DNA of 64,000 nt from Phoronis australis (taxonomy: Eukaryota > Animalia > Phoronida): NCBI GenBank assembly GCA_002633005.1, contig NMRA01000191.1, positions 550,466-614,465 on the forward strand, read 5' to 3'. The position numbers and the translations under genes are program-made. The first letter of the stretch is position 1. Every line of letters starts with the position of its first letter. The notes beneath the pieces are model-generated. The model saw nothing but the letters and a program-made list of their open reading frames with translations, did not search any database and was not told where the DNA came from. Shown here piece after piece: positions 12,282-24,631 of this stretch.

Positions 12282-13104
12282 GTGCGTGACACTTTCCCCC
12301 GCCGGGCGCGGCACTTTACTGGAGATGTGACAGGACTAGAGCTTAGCGAGACCTGAATGCGCTAATATAAGCTAGACTGGACATTCCTGAAAGAAAATGT
12401 TGCATAATTCAAATAGGAACCAGTCGGTTACCTAGATTGAAACGAGGAATATTTTATGTAAGTGAGGCATTGAAGATTTCCTAAACGAATAGTAGCCTGC
12501 ATTGTTACCTCCCCACTGTCAGGGTGAGTATATGGCAGGCCACCCGTGATACAGGTTTCATCTTGTTCAAGTGTTTGATGGTTTAGTAATGTGAGTTACA
12601 GCTTTAGCGCATGTTCTAAGTCTCAAAATTCAGTGTTACGTTTCCAGCAAGTGGACAATTTGTCATGTTTGATGTGGAGTGGACCCTCTGGCCAAATCCT
12701 TAATTCTAGTCCACGTCTAATGGGTCCACGTGTTTTGTAAAGTGTGGTATTTGGCTATACATTCGATTTAAGTGTTTTCTACTGTCTAACTGAGGAATGG
12801 TTTAAAGTGAACCACTTTTCAAAAACATTTCTTCATTTTCCTATACAAATACGCACAGCTTTAGGGGTGGTACAGAAATCCTGTCAATATTTTTGGTAAT
12901 GTGGTAATGTGGTGATATCGATCCCATCACAGCTGCGTGGACAGAACTTTGAACCTTTGACACGGTTACGCTTACTTTTGCAGGTTTTCCACGGCAAGAA
13001 GCTTCCTAAACCACCAGCAGTGTTAACAGACAGTATCTAGGAGACACCAGACATTGGAAGTCAATACAGTCTGACGATGGTGTAAGTACTGACTGAATCG
13101 TTTG

Positions 13105-13106
<2 letters not shown>

Positions 13107-13188
<82 letters not shown>
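13107..13188. repeat. (CA)n microsatellite
   Basis: Pure CA run. Confidence 0.98.
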
Positions 13189-13192
<4 letters not shown>

Positions 13193-13989
13193 TATATGTA
13201 TATGTCATATACACATATAGGTATATTTAAATTTGCACTCACACGAGTACACATTAAAATATTTTACCTAAAAGGTTCTGGCTAAACGTAGCTTCAAATG
13301 CGTCTCGTTCACACAACAACCTTAATATTGCTAAAGCGTTTTAACGAAGTTGAACGGCAGCTGCCGATTGTAGTCTGAATTATAGCACTACTTCAAGCCT
13401 CTAGAATCACCAAGTTGTTCTTCAATAAATCATAGTTTTGAGAGATATTTGTGTTATGAGAAATGTTCACCGATGGATGGATGGACTGATATACCCTGTG
13501 CAAGTATCATTTAGTGGGGTGAGGGAGTCTATATGAGCCTCCCCTGCTTCCTATGGTGCGCGCCCACGCGTCCTTGGGCGGTGCAGCACTGAAATAAATG
13601 GGAAATATACCCCCCTCCAGCCCTCTATGATTCGCCGCCCATGAATAAGCACGATTTGGTCAGATTTTACGGTTAACAACCCCCCCCCGCAGCGGCCAAT
13701 ATTTCGGAGTCAATATTTGGCACTATTGACCGCTGGTATGGTATCGCCGTTTTAATTCCCTTTAATAACTTCTTGTGTTGTTATGGAGATTCTATCGTGA
13801 TTCGATCCCTGGATTTCCGATCGCGAACCACTGTTTTACCACTGTTCCACCAGCACGTCGACCAAGTCGGCTTAAGTAGGGCCTTATCAAAAAGTCTGTG
13901 CAAATTTGCAAGATAACGTGAAATATGATGTTCCCAAAATAAACCAATTTGGACTTTTTTCTGGGCCCCCGGCTACGTAAACAGAAGCC

Positions 13990-14612
13990 TTTTTATGAGA
14001 GCGCCTACTTATATGTAGGTGCATGTTGCCGCCATCTCTGCCTGGGCGTCCGGGCGTCCGTCGTCCGCAGGTGTATCTCCTAAACCTTTCAGGATCTTGT
14101 TGAGCTTTGGCAGATGTGTCCCTATGAAGCTGACGACGAATTACGACGAATTTTGGACGGATCCTACTACCGATGTGCCCTCTAGTGGCAATTTTATTTT
14201 TTATGTTCACCTATGAATCTTCGCATGTCCTCAACGGAAAAGATTTCATGAAATTTGGAACATAGGTATCAATTAGTGAGGTGACGTATCTCCTGAACCC
14301 ACTGCAGGATCTTTATTAAATTTTGGCAAGTGTACTTTTATGAATTTGACAACGGACAACGACGACTTTCAGACGGATCCGACCAACGCTGTGCCCCTAG
14401 TGACAATTCTTCCGTTTTCCTCTGTTTCTCAGTCTGAAGTTCCTTGACAGATTTTTATGAAATTTGGCAAATAACTTTCTATTTAAAAACGGCGACAAGT
14501 TCCCTTTTTTCGGATGGAATCGACGTATTTTGCGCCATGTGGTGGCCATCAGTTTTAATGATATAAATGAACCTCCATAGGAGAACGTTATGGTGCATTC
14601 GTGGGCGCATTT
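13990..14612 (+). mobile_element. HINE/Helentron-like element, diverged copy
   Basis: Same architecture as 4805-6270: 5' gcgcctac..gtaggtgc palindrome, gtcc-rich tract, gtgcccyctagtggcaatt modules, 3' gtgggcgcat. Confidence 0.7.
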
Positions 14613-15419
14613 GTTAGGTCATCCGGATTCTGTTGTCGCGTTTGTTATTAAACAATCACAAAATAAAATCCAATCGGTAAATGCAAACCTCCCGGCGTCA
14701 CGACATCCCAATTCCCTCCGTAACGCTAATGCACAGAGGGTATGAATCTTGCTGTATATGGTTAGAAAGGACTCCACTATACTGGCTCTGGGCTTGTGAG
14801 ACTTGGCAACGGTAATTACAAGTATGGTAGTTATGATGTGATTGCGCATGTTGGAACTGTCCTCCAAGAGGGCACACCGCTAAAAGCGACCAATTAATAT
14901 GAAAGGCCACATCGTTCAAAACCTGGAAAAAATAACAATCGATTCCATTCCGCGAAGCCTCTCGTGTGAAAAGGGTATCTTAAGATGAACTAATAAAATA
15001 CCGGAAGAAAAGAGCAGCCGAGATGTGCCCCTGAATATAAAACGAAATTTCACGTTGCAGAAAAAGTATGTGAATTGATTTCGTCATCTACTAAAGGGAG
15101 AGGTTCCTGGAAAAATGCGAAAGCTTAACATTCTTTAACGAGAGCAAAGCAGAGTGTTGAAATGTGCTCACGACTGTCCCACAAACGGTGCTTCTAGGGA
15201 TGTTTACGTTTATTATAATGTGGTCTCTAGATAGCCAGTCGAACCAAACTGAAAATGGAAAAACCACCGTTTAGGAAATGCAAAAATACAGAGGCAAACA
15301 TTTTGCCACTAGGACGGACACCAAACTAAAAAGGCGACTAGGTAGCGTAGAATATGTTGAATCCATCCCAAAATGGAAAGGTTCTGTCGTCTCTGCAATA
15401 ATAAGTCTTGTTCTCATTG

Positions 15420-15526
15420 CATTTAAGTCATGCAAGGGCTTAGGAAATACAGCAGCGTACACCAGAAGCCGGACAGAGATGGCGACAATACGCACCCACA
15501 TTGTATATATGTGGGCGCTTAAAAAC
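15420..15526 (-). mobile_element. 5' fragment of the same HINE family
   Basis: Reverse complement reads tttttaagcgcccacatatatacaatgtgggtgcgtattgtcgccatctctgtcc..., like the 5' ends at 4805 and 13990. Confidence 0.6.
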
Positions 15527-17566
15527 CGTCTGAAAAAATTGTTTTGGAAAACCTGTGCATAACGGACTTTCTTCGACTTTTAAAGGAAAAGTAAAATGCA
15601 TGCTTGCAAACGATATATGTACATAAAACAAAATTTCTAGAATTTAAGGATCTCTAACGAAAATGCCTAGCTTGGACTTCGCATTTAAGAGTAAATCGGG
15701 TACTGGAAAATGTTATAATTTTATTCTAAATTTATCTCTTTCCTACATGTTTCGTCTCTTCTTTATCTAATTACTGTATGTCTTCCCGAATTTCTGGGGC
15801 ATATATTCCCTTGTCTGTCACACTTAATTTACTAAAATGCCTGCCGAGTCGCTACCAATGCAAGGTTTCCCCCTAGAAGCCTGCGAATGATTGCTGCCAT
15901 TTCAATCTTTTGCTTTTGCGGTTAATAATCAAATAAGTGCAGAAGGATGGGGGATGCAATTAAAAACAGCGTATAGTTGAGCCTTCTGTTTACATGAACC
16001 TGGATTTTGCCAAATAAGGTCACATCAATTATTTTCTCACCGAAACTGAACACACTCTTGCATTCCTGTTAAAGTCACGCATCTATCCCAAATAGTCTTT
16101 AAGTCAGCAAAAGTGAATCTGATGTCAGCCGCGTTGAAACGTTCTTCCCAAGGAAGAGTATTGTCGTGTTCGTCCGCATACCTTCGTGCCTTTGTGGCAT
16201 TCAAAGCATTTACGTGAAACCCACGGAAACTCATTAGTCCAAGCAGCTTTTCGTCTAATCAAAGATGTCGTGCTACCTCCCTTAGATGTCAGCTTAATGA
16301 AATATCAGTGAATGATCGATACGAATATCGCAGTACACATCAACATACACCGCGCAAACCGGAACCAGCTTTCATTTTAAACTGACCGAATTTCCTTTTC
16401 CGTTTAACGTTAAACATAATCTGAAATTCTAGAAAGAGTAAAATCTGTTCTTACCTGCATGGTGAGTTGTTATATATGGTGTATAGTTTTATCAGAAACA
16501 ATCGCGCAGGCCACTGACATAATCGGTTTATTGGTGTACGGGTTAGATCTCTTGAATTTATAGGTTTGACCAGATCCATAAAGCAACAAAATCTGTCAGT
16601 GTTTTTTGTCATTTAATTACACATCGCCAATTCTCGCCGTTGTGTGCGGAAACGGGATGACTTTTACGTTATTCTCTAATTACATTTTAAGAATTGTAAC
16701 TAGTAATTTTTTTTAATTAAGTACGCCAACATAGACTCGACAGACATTCATTTTGTGCTATGTCTAACGCCACGGTATCCAACATACACGAGCCAGCCTC
16801 CCGTTCTGTAACGTTGGGAACTCGCTAAAAAGCAAGACTTCGTGAGATTACGTGAGATATTGCCGTGCATTTTAAATGAGGACACGTCACTTTGGCTAGA
16901 TTTTAGCTAGGCCCTAGCGTAAGTCCTGGCGTTACTGAATGCACGCCAGGTCTTTCGGTAAGCCAATCTTCCTGTTTCCCCAGCTGCATGAAGGGTGTTC
17001 TCGCAAACAGTTTTCTCAAACACACAATGTTTTTCCATCACTACGTTGTAGATTCTTTTCGCACTGTCACGGTTTTCTTGCACAACATTTTTTTCACGAA
17101 TAACACCATTATTTTCTCTCGTGTTGTTATTGGGAACGCTTGTGCGGTTCGTTAGGGAGGGAGATTGTGTGTTTCAAGATAACCAACCGTGGATTAGGAA
17201 AAATAACTTAAGGTGTATGCTGTATCAGATTCATATTTAATTCATTGTGAGACGCCCATCATCGAGTAAATCATACAATTATGGATTTTCCGACATTGAA
17301 ATTATGAAATAGCTGCAGTGTCATATGAACAGGAGCAAAGGGGACCACTGTCATAGCCTCTTCCGTGAAGGAGGTCCCATTCAAGAGGAGGCCCCGTTGC
17401 ATAAAAGATGCGTCATTTCAAAAAGGAGAAAAGTATAACAAACGACTTTCTTCAAGGAACAAGTCTTTGTTATATGACAATTCTTATCACATCTTTGTGC
17501 TGTTCTGTGACTCTCATGTTGAAAACCAGTACTATTTGCTGTATTTGTCAAACACTGTCTCGTTAA

Positions 17567-17913
17567 AAGGATACCAAACCTGGTTTTGGCATATTAACAG
17601 ATTTTAAAAACGACTTTTCCAGCCAATTCTCTGAAACAAAATAATAATAATAATGGTCTGCAGCCCTGGACAACCCTCAAAACTGCTTGTACATTTGCTA
17701 AACGGACAAGCGTGGCCTATGTCGTTAGCAAATTTCACTGCAACTGTGGGTAAAGACCGATCAGCAATAGCTATAATATCCAATTTGTGACATTGGCAGT
17801 GTAAATTTTTAGTTGATTCTTACTTTTATCTTTCAAGAGAGACACCAGTGATGCATTAGCAGGTGACAAAACGAGGATTGGTTGAAATCATCTAAACAGG
17901 GTTTAGTATCCTT
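17567..17913. mobile_element. TTAA-flanked Kolobok-type MITE (copy A)
   Basis: ttaa|aaggataccaaacc ... ggtttagtatcctt|ttaa; an inverted homologue lies at 24338-24631. Confidence 0.7.
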
Positions 17914-20589
17914 TTAAATATTCCACCTAAACAAGCAGTTTTGACTGAAAATAAAAGCATCAAATCTGTTGTATATTCACTAATGAAATAGCTAAAGTAC
18001 GCCAATAGGGTGATTGATGTTACTTAAGGGTTGTTTTTTGAGTTTAAATTTGGTTAAGTCTGGTGTCTAAAATTTGTGCGTCTGACTTTTTAGAAGTAAA
18101 TCTGTGATACAACATATCCATTTTCAAATGCGCTAAGACGACGCAATCAACGAAAATTTCAAGAAATGTGGCCCCCTGTCAAAATTTCTGCCCCCAAAAG
18201 TAATTAGTCTTGCACTGGAAAGTTGTTTTCGCTTGTACGTGCTGGCCGTCTGGGAATTTATAAAAGCTCGTTATTAAACACTGTACACCGTCCAGCGCTA
18301 AATAGACGTTCCTTCTTGAAGCAATCGTTCTGAATTATTATACATCTAAAAACCTACCTGCGCAGCTTTGAACTATTTTCTTTGTGGAACCGAGTTTAGT
18401 TTGCAATACACCAAGGTGCATATTTTCCTTTAATGCTTCAGGTTTAATGTCCTGCGAAACAAAGTGTACATATTTCGCGTTTATGCTCAATGTGCCGATT
18501 GGCGTTATGTTAATTTATAAATCGAAGTCAGTAACCGAGACTACAGACATCAAACCTGGCGGACATTTGCGCATTTCTGAGTGCTCATGGCAATTTTCGT
18601 TTATCACGTTGAAGAAGGATTACGCAAACAAAACAAAGACCTAAATTCGGTATATGAATATTTACTTGCTGATTATAACCTCAGCTTAACGGTACATGTA
18701 AAGAATATTGTATGAGATGCAACAGCGACACACACGCCAGATAAATTTAAAAGTTCTTTAACTCCTGCAAGATAGCCATTGATAATGCGTTTTTGGTTGG
18801 CATTGTTACTCAGAAAAAGGTATTTCAGAAATGTTCAGCTGATTGGACCTCTGATCACAAGTTTATGTGCAAACCTAGCGAATAATGTTTCTCCGATGAT
18901 AATATCCACGGAGAAGAATGCCAATGTTTGTGTTGAAACAATTTTTATTTCACTAATAGCTAAACGTAGGAATGTTTTCTTTCTTGGGAACTGAGAGAGG
19001 GGGGTAGGGAGGATATGAACGCACCCCGGTTTCTTTGGTAGTCCCCCCGGTCATTGTGTTCGTCGTTCTGCGTTGCCCTAAAAAGTGACTGACATCATAG
19101 AAAAAGCTTATCTGAAAATAATTTTGTTGCATTTTAACTTACGCCTTTGACTCCAAGTCTGCCCAACCTCCTTTGTGCGAACAAACCAATCTGTTGTAAA
19201 CATATATTTGTCCAAAACAAAATCGATAACCTGTTTATGGTATTTCAAATTCAACAAACCTTTTCATTTTCAGAGTCATAAAATTTTGCATTCCGTCTTT
19301 CGAATTGAAACAGCACGTCTACTGGGAATTGGAATCCGGTTACAGGACCGCGTAAATACTTTACAGTGAACTGAAGGTTAGTCCACCACGTAAGGTGTTC
19401 ACTAACCCTGTCTACACACGCTGACGTTCCCGAACGACTTCCTATGCGTCTTTCGTGTGTGGCAGGAGGGGTTGGGGTACTCCCTTTAACGTTGTATACG
19501 ATACGTGCCGCTCAGAATGCTGATTTTTTTTCAAGACCAATCCTGTGAAAGGGAGCCTTTTCTAAAAACAATTCCCTGCAAGAGCATAAAAGCGTACACT
19601 TTCGGTGATCGAAAGGCCCCCTCTCCAAACACCATAAAGCCATTGAAGGATTTTTAATATTTCTGGTATGTTTAAAACTTAAAAAGGACGTCTACCAAAC
19701 TTCGAGAACATGGCATCTTTCAGTGCTGTTTCTGTCCCTTGAGTTAAATGTTCAATTTTCAAGCATTCCTACGAACGGGTTATGCTCATAACCGACTACA
19801 TTTTTGACTGTGAAGTGCGCCTTTAAAATTAAGATAACCACCCATTTAGAGAATTAGAAAGGGAGTGACTCTTGATTCCATGATTGGGACCCCTGCATGA
19901 GAAGGATTCAGAAAACACGAACAGAACAGCAGCCTTTGATTTTGTCTTTGGGTCCCCACTGACGGCAGACCCTGGCAAGACAAGGGACACAAAACAACAA
20001 AGAGCAACAGTTGATGTCATAACCTGGAATCCCCATGTTATGAAAGGACATGTCGTTTAAAAATACAAAAACAGCGTTAATTGTTGTTATCATTTATGAA
20101 CCACTGCTGCTCAGGGCTGTAAATTCAGTTTGTTCATATGTTACGTGACACCATACGGCAGCATAACGCAATATCACTGCAGTTTCTTGACTTCGAGCCT
20201 CTCTTTTGTCCAGAAAAAGTACATGCAATGAAGTTTTACTTTCTGAAGATTGATATACGTTTTTACTTTCGCACGGAAAAATTTACAGGAGTCTTAAAAT
20301 GGATTGTCCTACTCTCATTGGTAACTCTGGCATCTGTTTCACGAAATGGGACTGAAGACTTAAATGAAAAATTTGGTTTTATGCTCCACTGCCACACAAC
20401 TATTTATAAAAAAAATAATTAGATTGCACTTTTACAAAAGTACAAAATTTCCGAGAATATATCAGTAAGTGCTAGTTACTGAGTAAATTTGTTTTGATTA
20501 TATATAGGGTGTCATGCGCTCTTAATTAAATAGTTTATCCCTTATTCAGAAATTCAGTACATAAATTTTGATTCGTTATATAATCACTT

Positions 20590-21605
20590 TCCATATCGCA
20601 CCGGAAGGGGTCGTTTGGTGCAAAGGTCAGATAGTTTTCAAAATGATACTCCTCATTCAGTCTTAAAGCTATCTTTTTCAAATTCGGTGCACAGGTATAA
20701 GTCAACATGACAATTTAAAAAATTACTTTTCTAAGTAATCGGATCATCCAATCAGGTTAAACAGGTCAAAGGTCATTAGGTGCAAACTAAAATTTTGAGC
20801 TAGTCACTTTAAATTCACAGGTCTGATTGGCATAAGTAACTCAATTTGGAATCCAAAGTTTCAGGTCATTTAGTGCAAACATGGGGTCATTAGGTGCATT
20901 TTTCTTCTGAAAATTTGACTTTTTCATTCTCCAAGTATACTGATGTGTCAACCGTTAGACAACTGTGATTCTCAGCATTGAACACATTTTTCATGGGCTT
21001 TGCAATAATTCTGATGAAGACGTTTACAATGCACCAGATAGGGTCAATTAGTGCAAAGATCATCTAACGTTCAAAATTTTATGTCTTACATTTTTCAAGG
21101 AATTCTTTTCAATTTCAGCACACTAGTGTAAGTCAAAATGCCAATTGAACACCCTACTTTACAAAGCAATAGGCCTAACCAATCAGAAAAATAGGTCAAA
21201 GGTCATTTAGTGCAAAATTAAAATTTTGAGCTAGAGACTTCAAAATTACATATTTGTTTACTAAATGCGATTGAGTTTGAATTGGGTGCATTTTTCTTCT
21301 AAAAGTTTGACCAATTCAATCATCTTGTATTCTGAAGTGCTTAAAGTAAAGCATCTGTGATTTTTAACATTAACCACACTTTTAATAGAGTTTACCATTA
21401 CTCCCTCATCGGGGCTCATAATGCACCGGAAGAGGTCAATTAGTGGAAAGGTCATCAAAAAATCAATATGTAATTTATCTTACAATTTTAAAGAATTCCT
21501 TTTCATATTGGTAAACGGGTTGCTGTCAGTAACTTGACATAATAATTCCAGTAATACGCACGCGCAAAGTCCGTTATTGTCACGCCGTGACAATAATCTT
21601 TCTAG
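20590..21605 (+). mobile_element. Non-autonomous Helitron/Helentron-like element with about 430-bp internal repeat
   Basis: Repeated ggtcaaaggtcatt.agtgcaaa...aattttgagctag modules at about 20763 and 21194. 3' perfect hairpin ttattgtcacg-c-cgtgacaataa (21574-21596) followed by CTAG|T at 21602-21606. The 5' end is approximate. Confidence 0.6.
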
Positions 21606-21962
21606 TTAAGATTGTTTTCGTGAGTCACTTAGTTCAGTTGCACCCCATTACTGTCCTAGTGATACCCACATCATTTAAAAAATGGTATCAACAACCATGT
21701 TTTGTACTGGACCTAAGAAAGCAAAACTAGTTCTGTACACAACACACCTCCCGACCTCCCTCCATTCGGTGCTATGCACATCTTCAATTGTGCTTTGGGC
21801 AAATGTTTACAGACAAAATGTTGGGCCCCTCCCTTGTGATATCCTAGATCCGCCACTGCGGCCATCTGGGAGACTCGCTTTGTTGCAGGAATTGCTCACA
21901 AAGCGGGTTAAGCGTCTTTTTAAAATAAAACAGGAACTATCTCGGTTCTTTTTGACAGGCAA

Positions 21963-22133
21963 ATGTATAATTACCAAACGCTACATGAAGACGTGGACGC
22001 AACGCACAGGCCTACCGAATCCGCTATCGGAAATAACAGCGTTGATGATGACAACGACAACGACAAACGAAACGACTTCAGGAAGTTCGACGTTGCGGTC
22101 ACAATAGCCTGCATAGCTTCATCTTTTTCTGTG
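21963..22133 (+). CDS. MFS transporter (MFSD4/NaGLT1-like), coding exon 1
   Basis: ttttgacag acceptor ends at 21958, implying an upstream UTR exon. ATG at 21963, acidic N-terminus, then the start of TM1 (VAVTIACIASSFSV). Phase-0 gtgaga donor at 22134. Confidence 0.75.
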
Positions 22134-22582
22134 GTGAGAACCAACATCCGTTCCTGCTCGGTGTTTTCTGCTAAAGCCTAAGTTGAGTTACATTTTGTCG
22201 AAAAAATCACCATCTTATGTACAGTTCCGACCAAAAACAACTAGCCCTCTATGGCGAGTTTTTCATGTTTGTTGGTATAATTTCATATCAGTTGGACAAG
22301 AAATGCGCCGGGATTTAACAACTGTAACCATGTTGTCTATACTACCCAAAAGGAAGGTTTCATCCTGATATTTATACCGAAGCTTCAAAATATGCCCCAC
22401 AAAGCCACGGAAAATTTGAAATTATAACTACGACCGATCTCAAATTGTTCATAGGGGGGAACCATTCCATAAGCACGATGACCCACTATCCACCTTCCAT
22501 TGCATAGTTCGGACATGTCAATCAAACAACTACTACCAGCCAATAGTGATACAGTAAGCAAAACAACACAGCCTTCCATTTT

Positions 22583-22873
22583 TACGGTGTGGAGACCTGT
22601 ACTATGTGTTTGGAGTGATCATGAGGAGTATGGCGTCGTCATGAGCAAAATCGGCAAACCGAGTCTCACTGGGCATTCATTGCTTGTCACAACAGCGTGA
22701 GAAGCTTTCGGTGCTTGCCAGGACTCTTAAGCTATTGGGCAGATATTGGGTCGATTTCTACATTTTAAAGACAATTTGTTCGCCTGGTGTTGCATTCCTA
22801 CATCAAATTGCTCATGACGACTCTATACTCCTCATGACCAATCCAAACACGTAGTACAGGTCCCCATGCCGTG
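22583..22873. mobile_element. MITE with about 65-bp TIRs in MFS intron
   Basis: acggtgtggagacctgtactatgtgtttgga...gtcgtcatgagcaa is inverted relative to ttgctcatgacgac...tccaaacacgtagtacaggtccccatgccgt. Confidence 0.7.
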
Positions 22874-23361
22874 ATTTTAGTGGAACAAACACTGATTGTT
22901 ATGATAATCAATAATCTTGGGGAAATTTGCAGCACAGAGCAATGTTTCGCAAATATCTTCTTTTCTTTACTAGTAGTTAATGAGAACTAGGCTAAGCATC
23001 ATTAATGAAGTATGTGAAACGTGATCTCAGCCCCTAGTGTCAATCGTGTAAACTATTCGTATTCCCAACACCAGACCCCCTCTAGTGACCACCAGCAACG
23101 CTGTCCAGTTGCGTCTCTTGTGGTAAGGAATCGCTGAACACTGAGTACATTTAAAATTATGCTTAAGTTAAAGTACCGAGTTGTTTGATGTTGATGAGTT
23201 TCTAGCCTAAGCATCGTAGATATACCACAGAGTGTAATCTTTAATTTTCCTAATGCCTTTGGGATAGTGTGTCTCCGTGTGTTTCAAAAAAGTATAATCA
23301 AAAGCATATCGAAAATGGAGCCTGTTGTAATAGTGCGCTTTCAGGGTATCATATTTGCCTT

Positions 23362-23517
23362 GCGCTGATGGGGGGGGGGGGGCAAGGGGGCCATGCCCAC
23401 CCTAAAATTTCTCCCAGATTCCATTTGGCAGTTTGGGGGTGCGAATGTCTAACGGGAAAAGTCCTGGCTAATACTCTGCCCTAGCCCCCCTTACTCAAAC
23501 TCCTGGATCCGCCCCTG
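23362..23517 (+). mobile_element. About 160-bp G/C-run MITE (CAGTGGCGGAT...ATCCGCCCCTG family)
   Basis: Shares core aaaattctcccagatt(c/a)catttgg...aatcctggctaatactctgccc with 54619-54779, 57687-57849 and 58563-58721. Confidence 0.7.
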
Positions 23518-23625
23518 GACATCGACTCGGTATTTATGGTGGACGTGGCCTTACTTCATTTGTCAGAACTATCCATACCCAACTATTCTGCCACGTTTTA
23601 GTTGCATATTACCGTATTGTTTCAG

Positions 23626-23911
23626 GCCATGTCTTCGTACTCTCTCGGTGCATTCCTTCCCGACATCCTGCAGATTACCAACAGCACACCGGGTGACTCG
23701 TGGTACATAGTCGTACCGATTTCTGCAGGGTCGTTTGTGGGTAGCGTCGCAGCCAGATTTCTCATCTCCTTCTCAGCCAACAATCTGGTGATGTTCTTTC
23801 TCACTCTCGCTAGAGCATTCACCCTCGCAGTAATTCCGTTGTTTACGACCATACAAGTGACGGGATGTTTTTTCTTCCTTCACAATCTATCAGTCGGTGC
23901 TTCTGAAGTTG
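23626..23911 (+). CDS. MFS transporter, coding exon 2
   Basis: ttcag acceptor. AMSSYSLGAFLPDIL...GSFVGSVAARF...LAVIPLFT are hydrophobic MFS helices. Phase-1 gtgagc donor at 23912. Confidence 0.85.
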
Positions 23912-24337
23912 GTGAGCAACAAAATATTTAGTACACAATTATTAAAGGAGTGCATCAAACCTGTGCTCTTTGTGGAAAAATTTTGCCACTATAGAGTTGA
24001 TCTTCTGACTGGAATTTCAACGTGGTCTTTGGACTAACACCTCGTTATTCATCATGACCAAAATCATGAAATTTCAAGTCACGCCAACAGTGTATTGCTG
24101 AACATCAACTCTTTAGGACAAGCAAATACAGTTTGTATTTCTTTCATAAGCCATGTGTTGTCGAATCCAGTTTTCAATTCATGTGAAAGTCGCATATTTA
24201 CTTCCTTCCTTCCGGAAACGAACGAGTATACAGTAGCCTTGATTCACACAAGCACATGTAAAGACAAAATAAAAAAGAAAACTGTCAATGTGTAACATTT
24301 TAGTGTCGCCGGACAGGATTCATTTGCAGAAACGTAA

Positions 24338-24631
24338 AAGGATACTAAACCCCGTTTTCATGATTTCAACCAGTCCTCGTCTGTGCACATTGGCGTTAAC
24401 CATCCAAGTTAAATGCAGGAATTAATTGATAACGCTTACTCCCTGTGTCACAGATTGTACGTTATGGTCCTTGGTGGGTGATCTTTTCCCACAGTTGCGT
24501 AGGTCACACTTACCCGTTTAACAGACTTTGAAAGGAGTTTTCAAAGTTTCCGCCTGCAAACTTTGAGGATTGTCGAGGTTACAGTCGTTTTTAGTATGTA
24601 TTAATAGGCCATAACCGGGTTTGGTGTCTTT
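24338..24631. mobile_element. TTAA-type Kolobok MITE (copy B, inverted relative to 17567-17913)
   Basis: aaggatactaaacc ... ggtttggtgtcttt|ttaa; the internal sequence matches copy A in reverse. Confidence 0.65.

Noticed and set aside
11109-13254. Cys/Val/Tyr/Ile-rich ORFs
   Set aside because: Translations of (TA)n and (CA)n microsatellites.
16037-16234. 65-aa minus-strand ORF as a coding exon of the 255-aa gene
   Set aside because: The 255-aa ORF has an in-frame stop in the same exon a short distance upstream of its ATG, so upstream exons cannot extend it; no family recognised.
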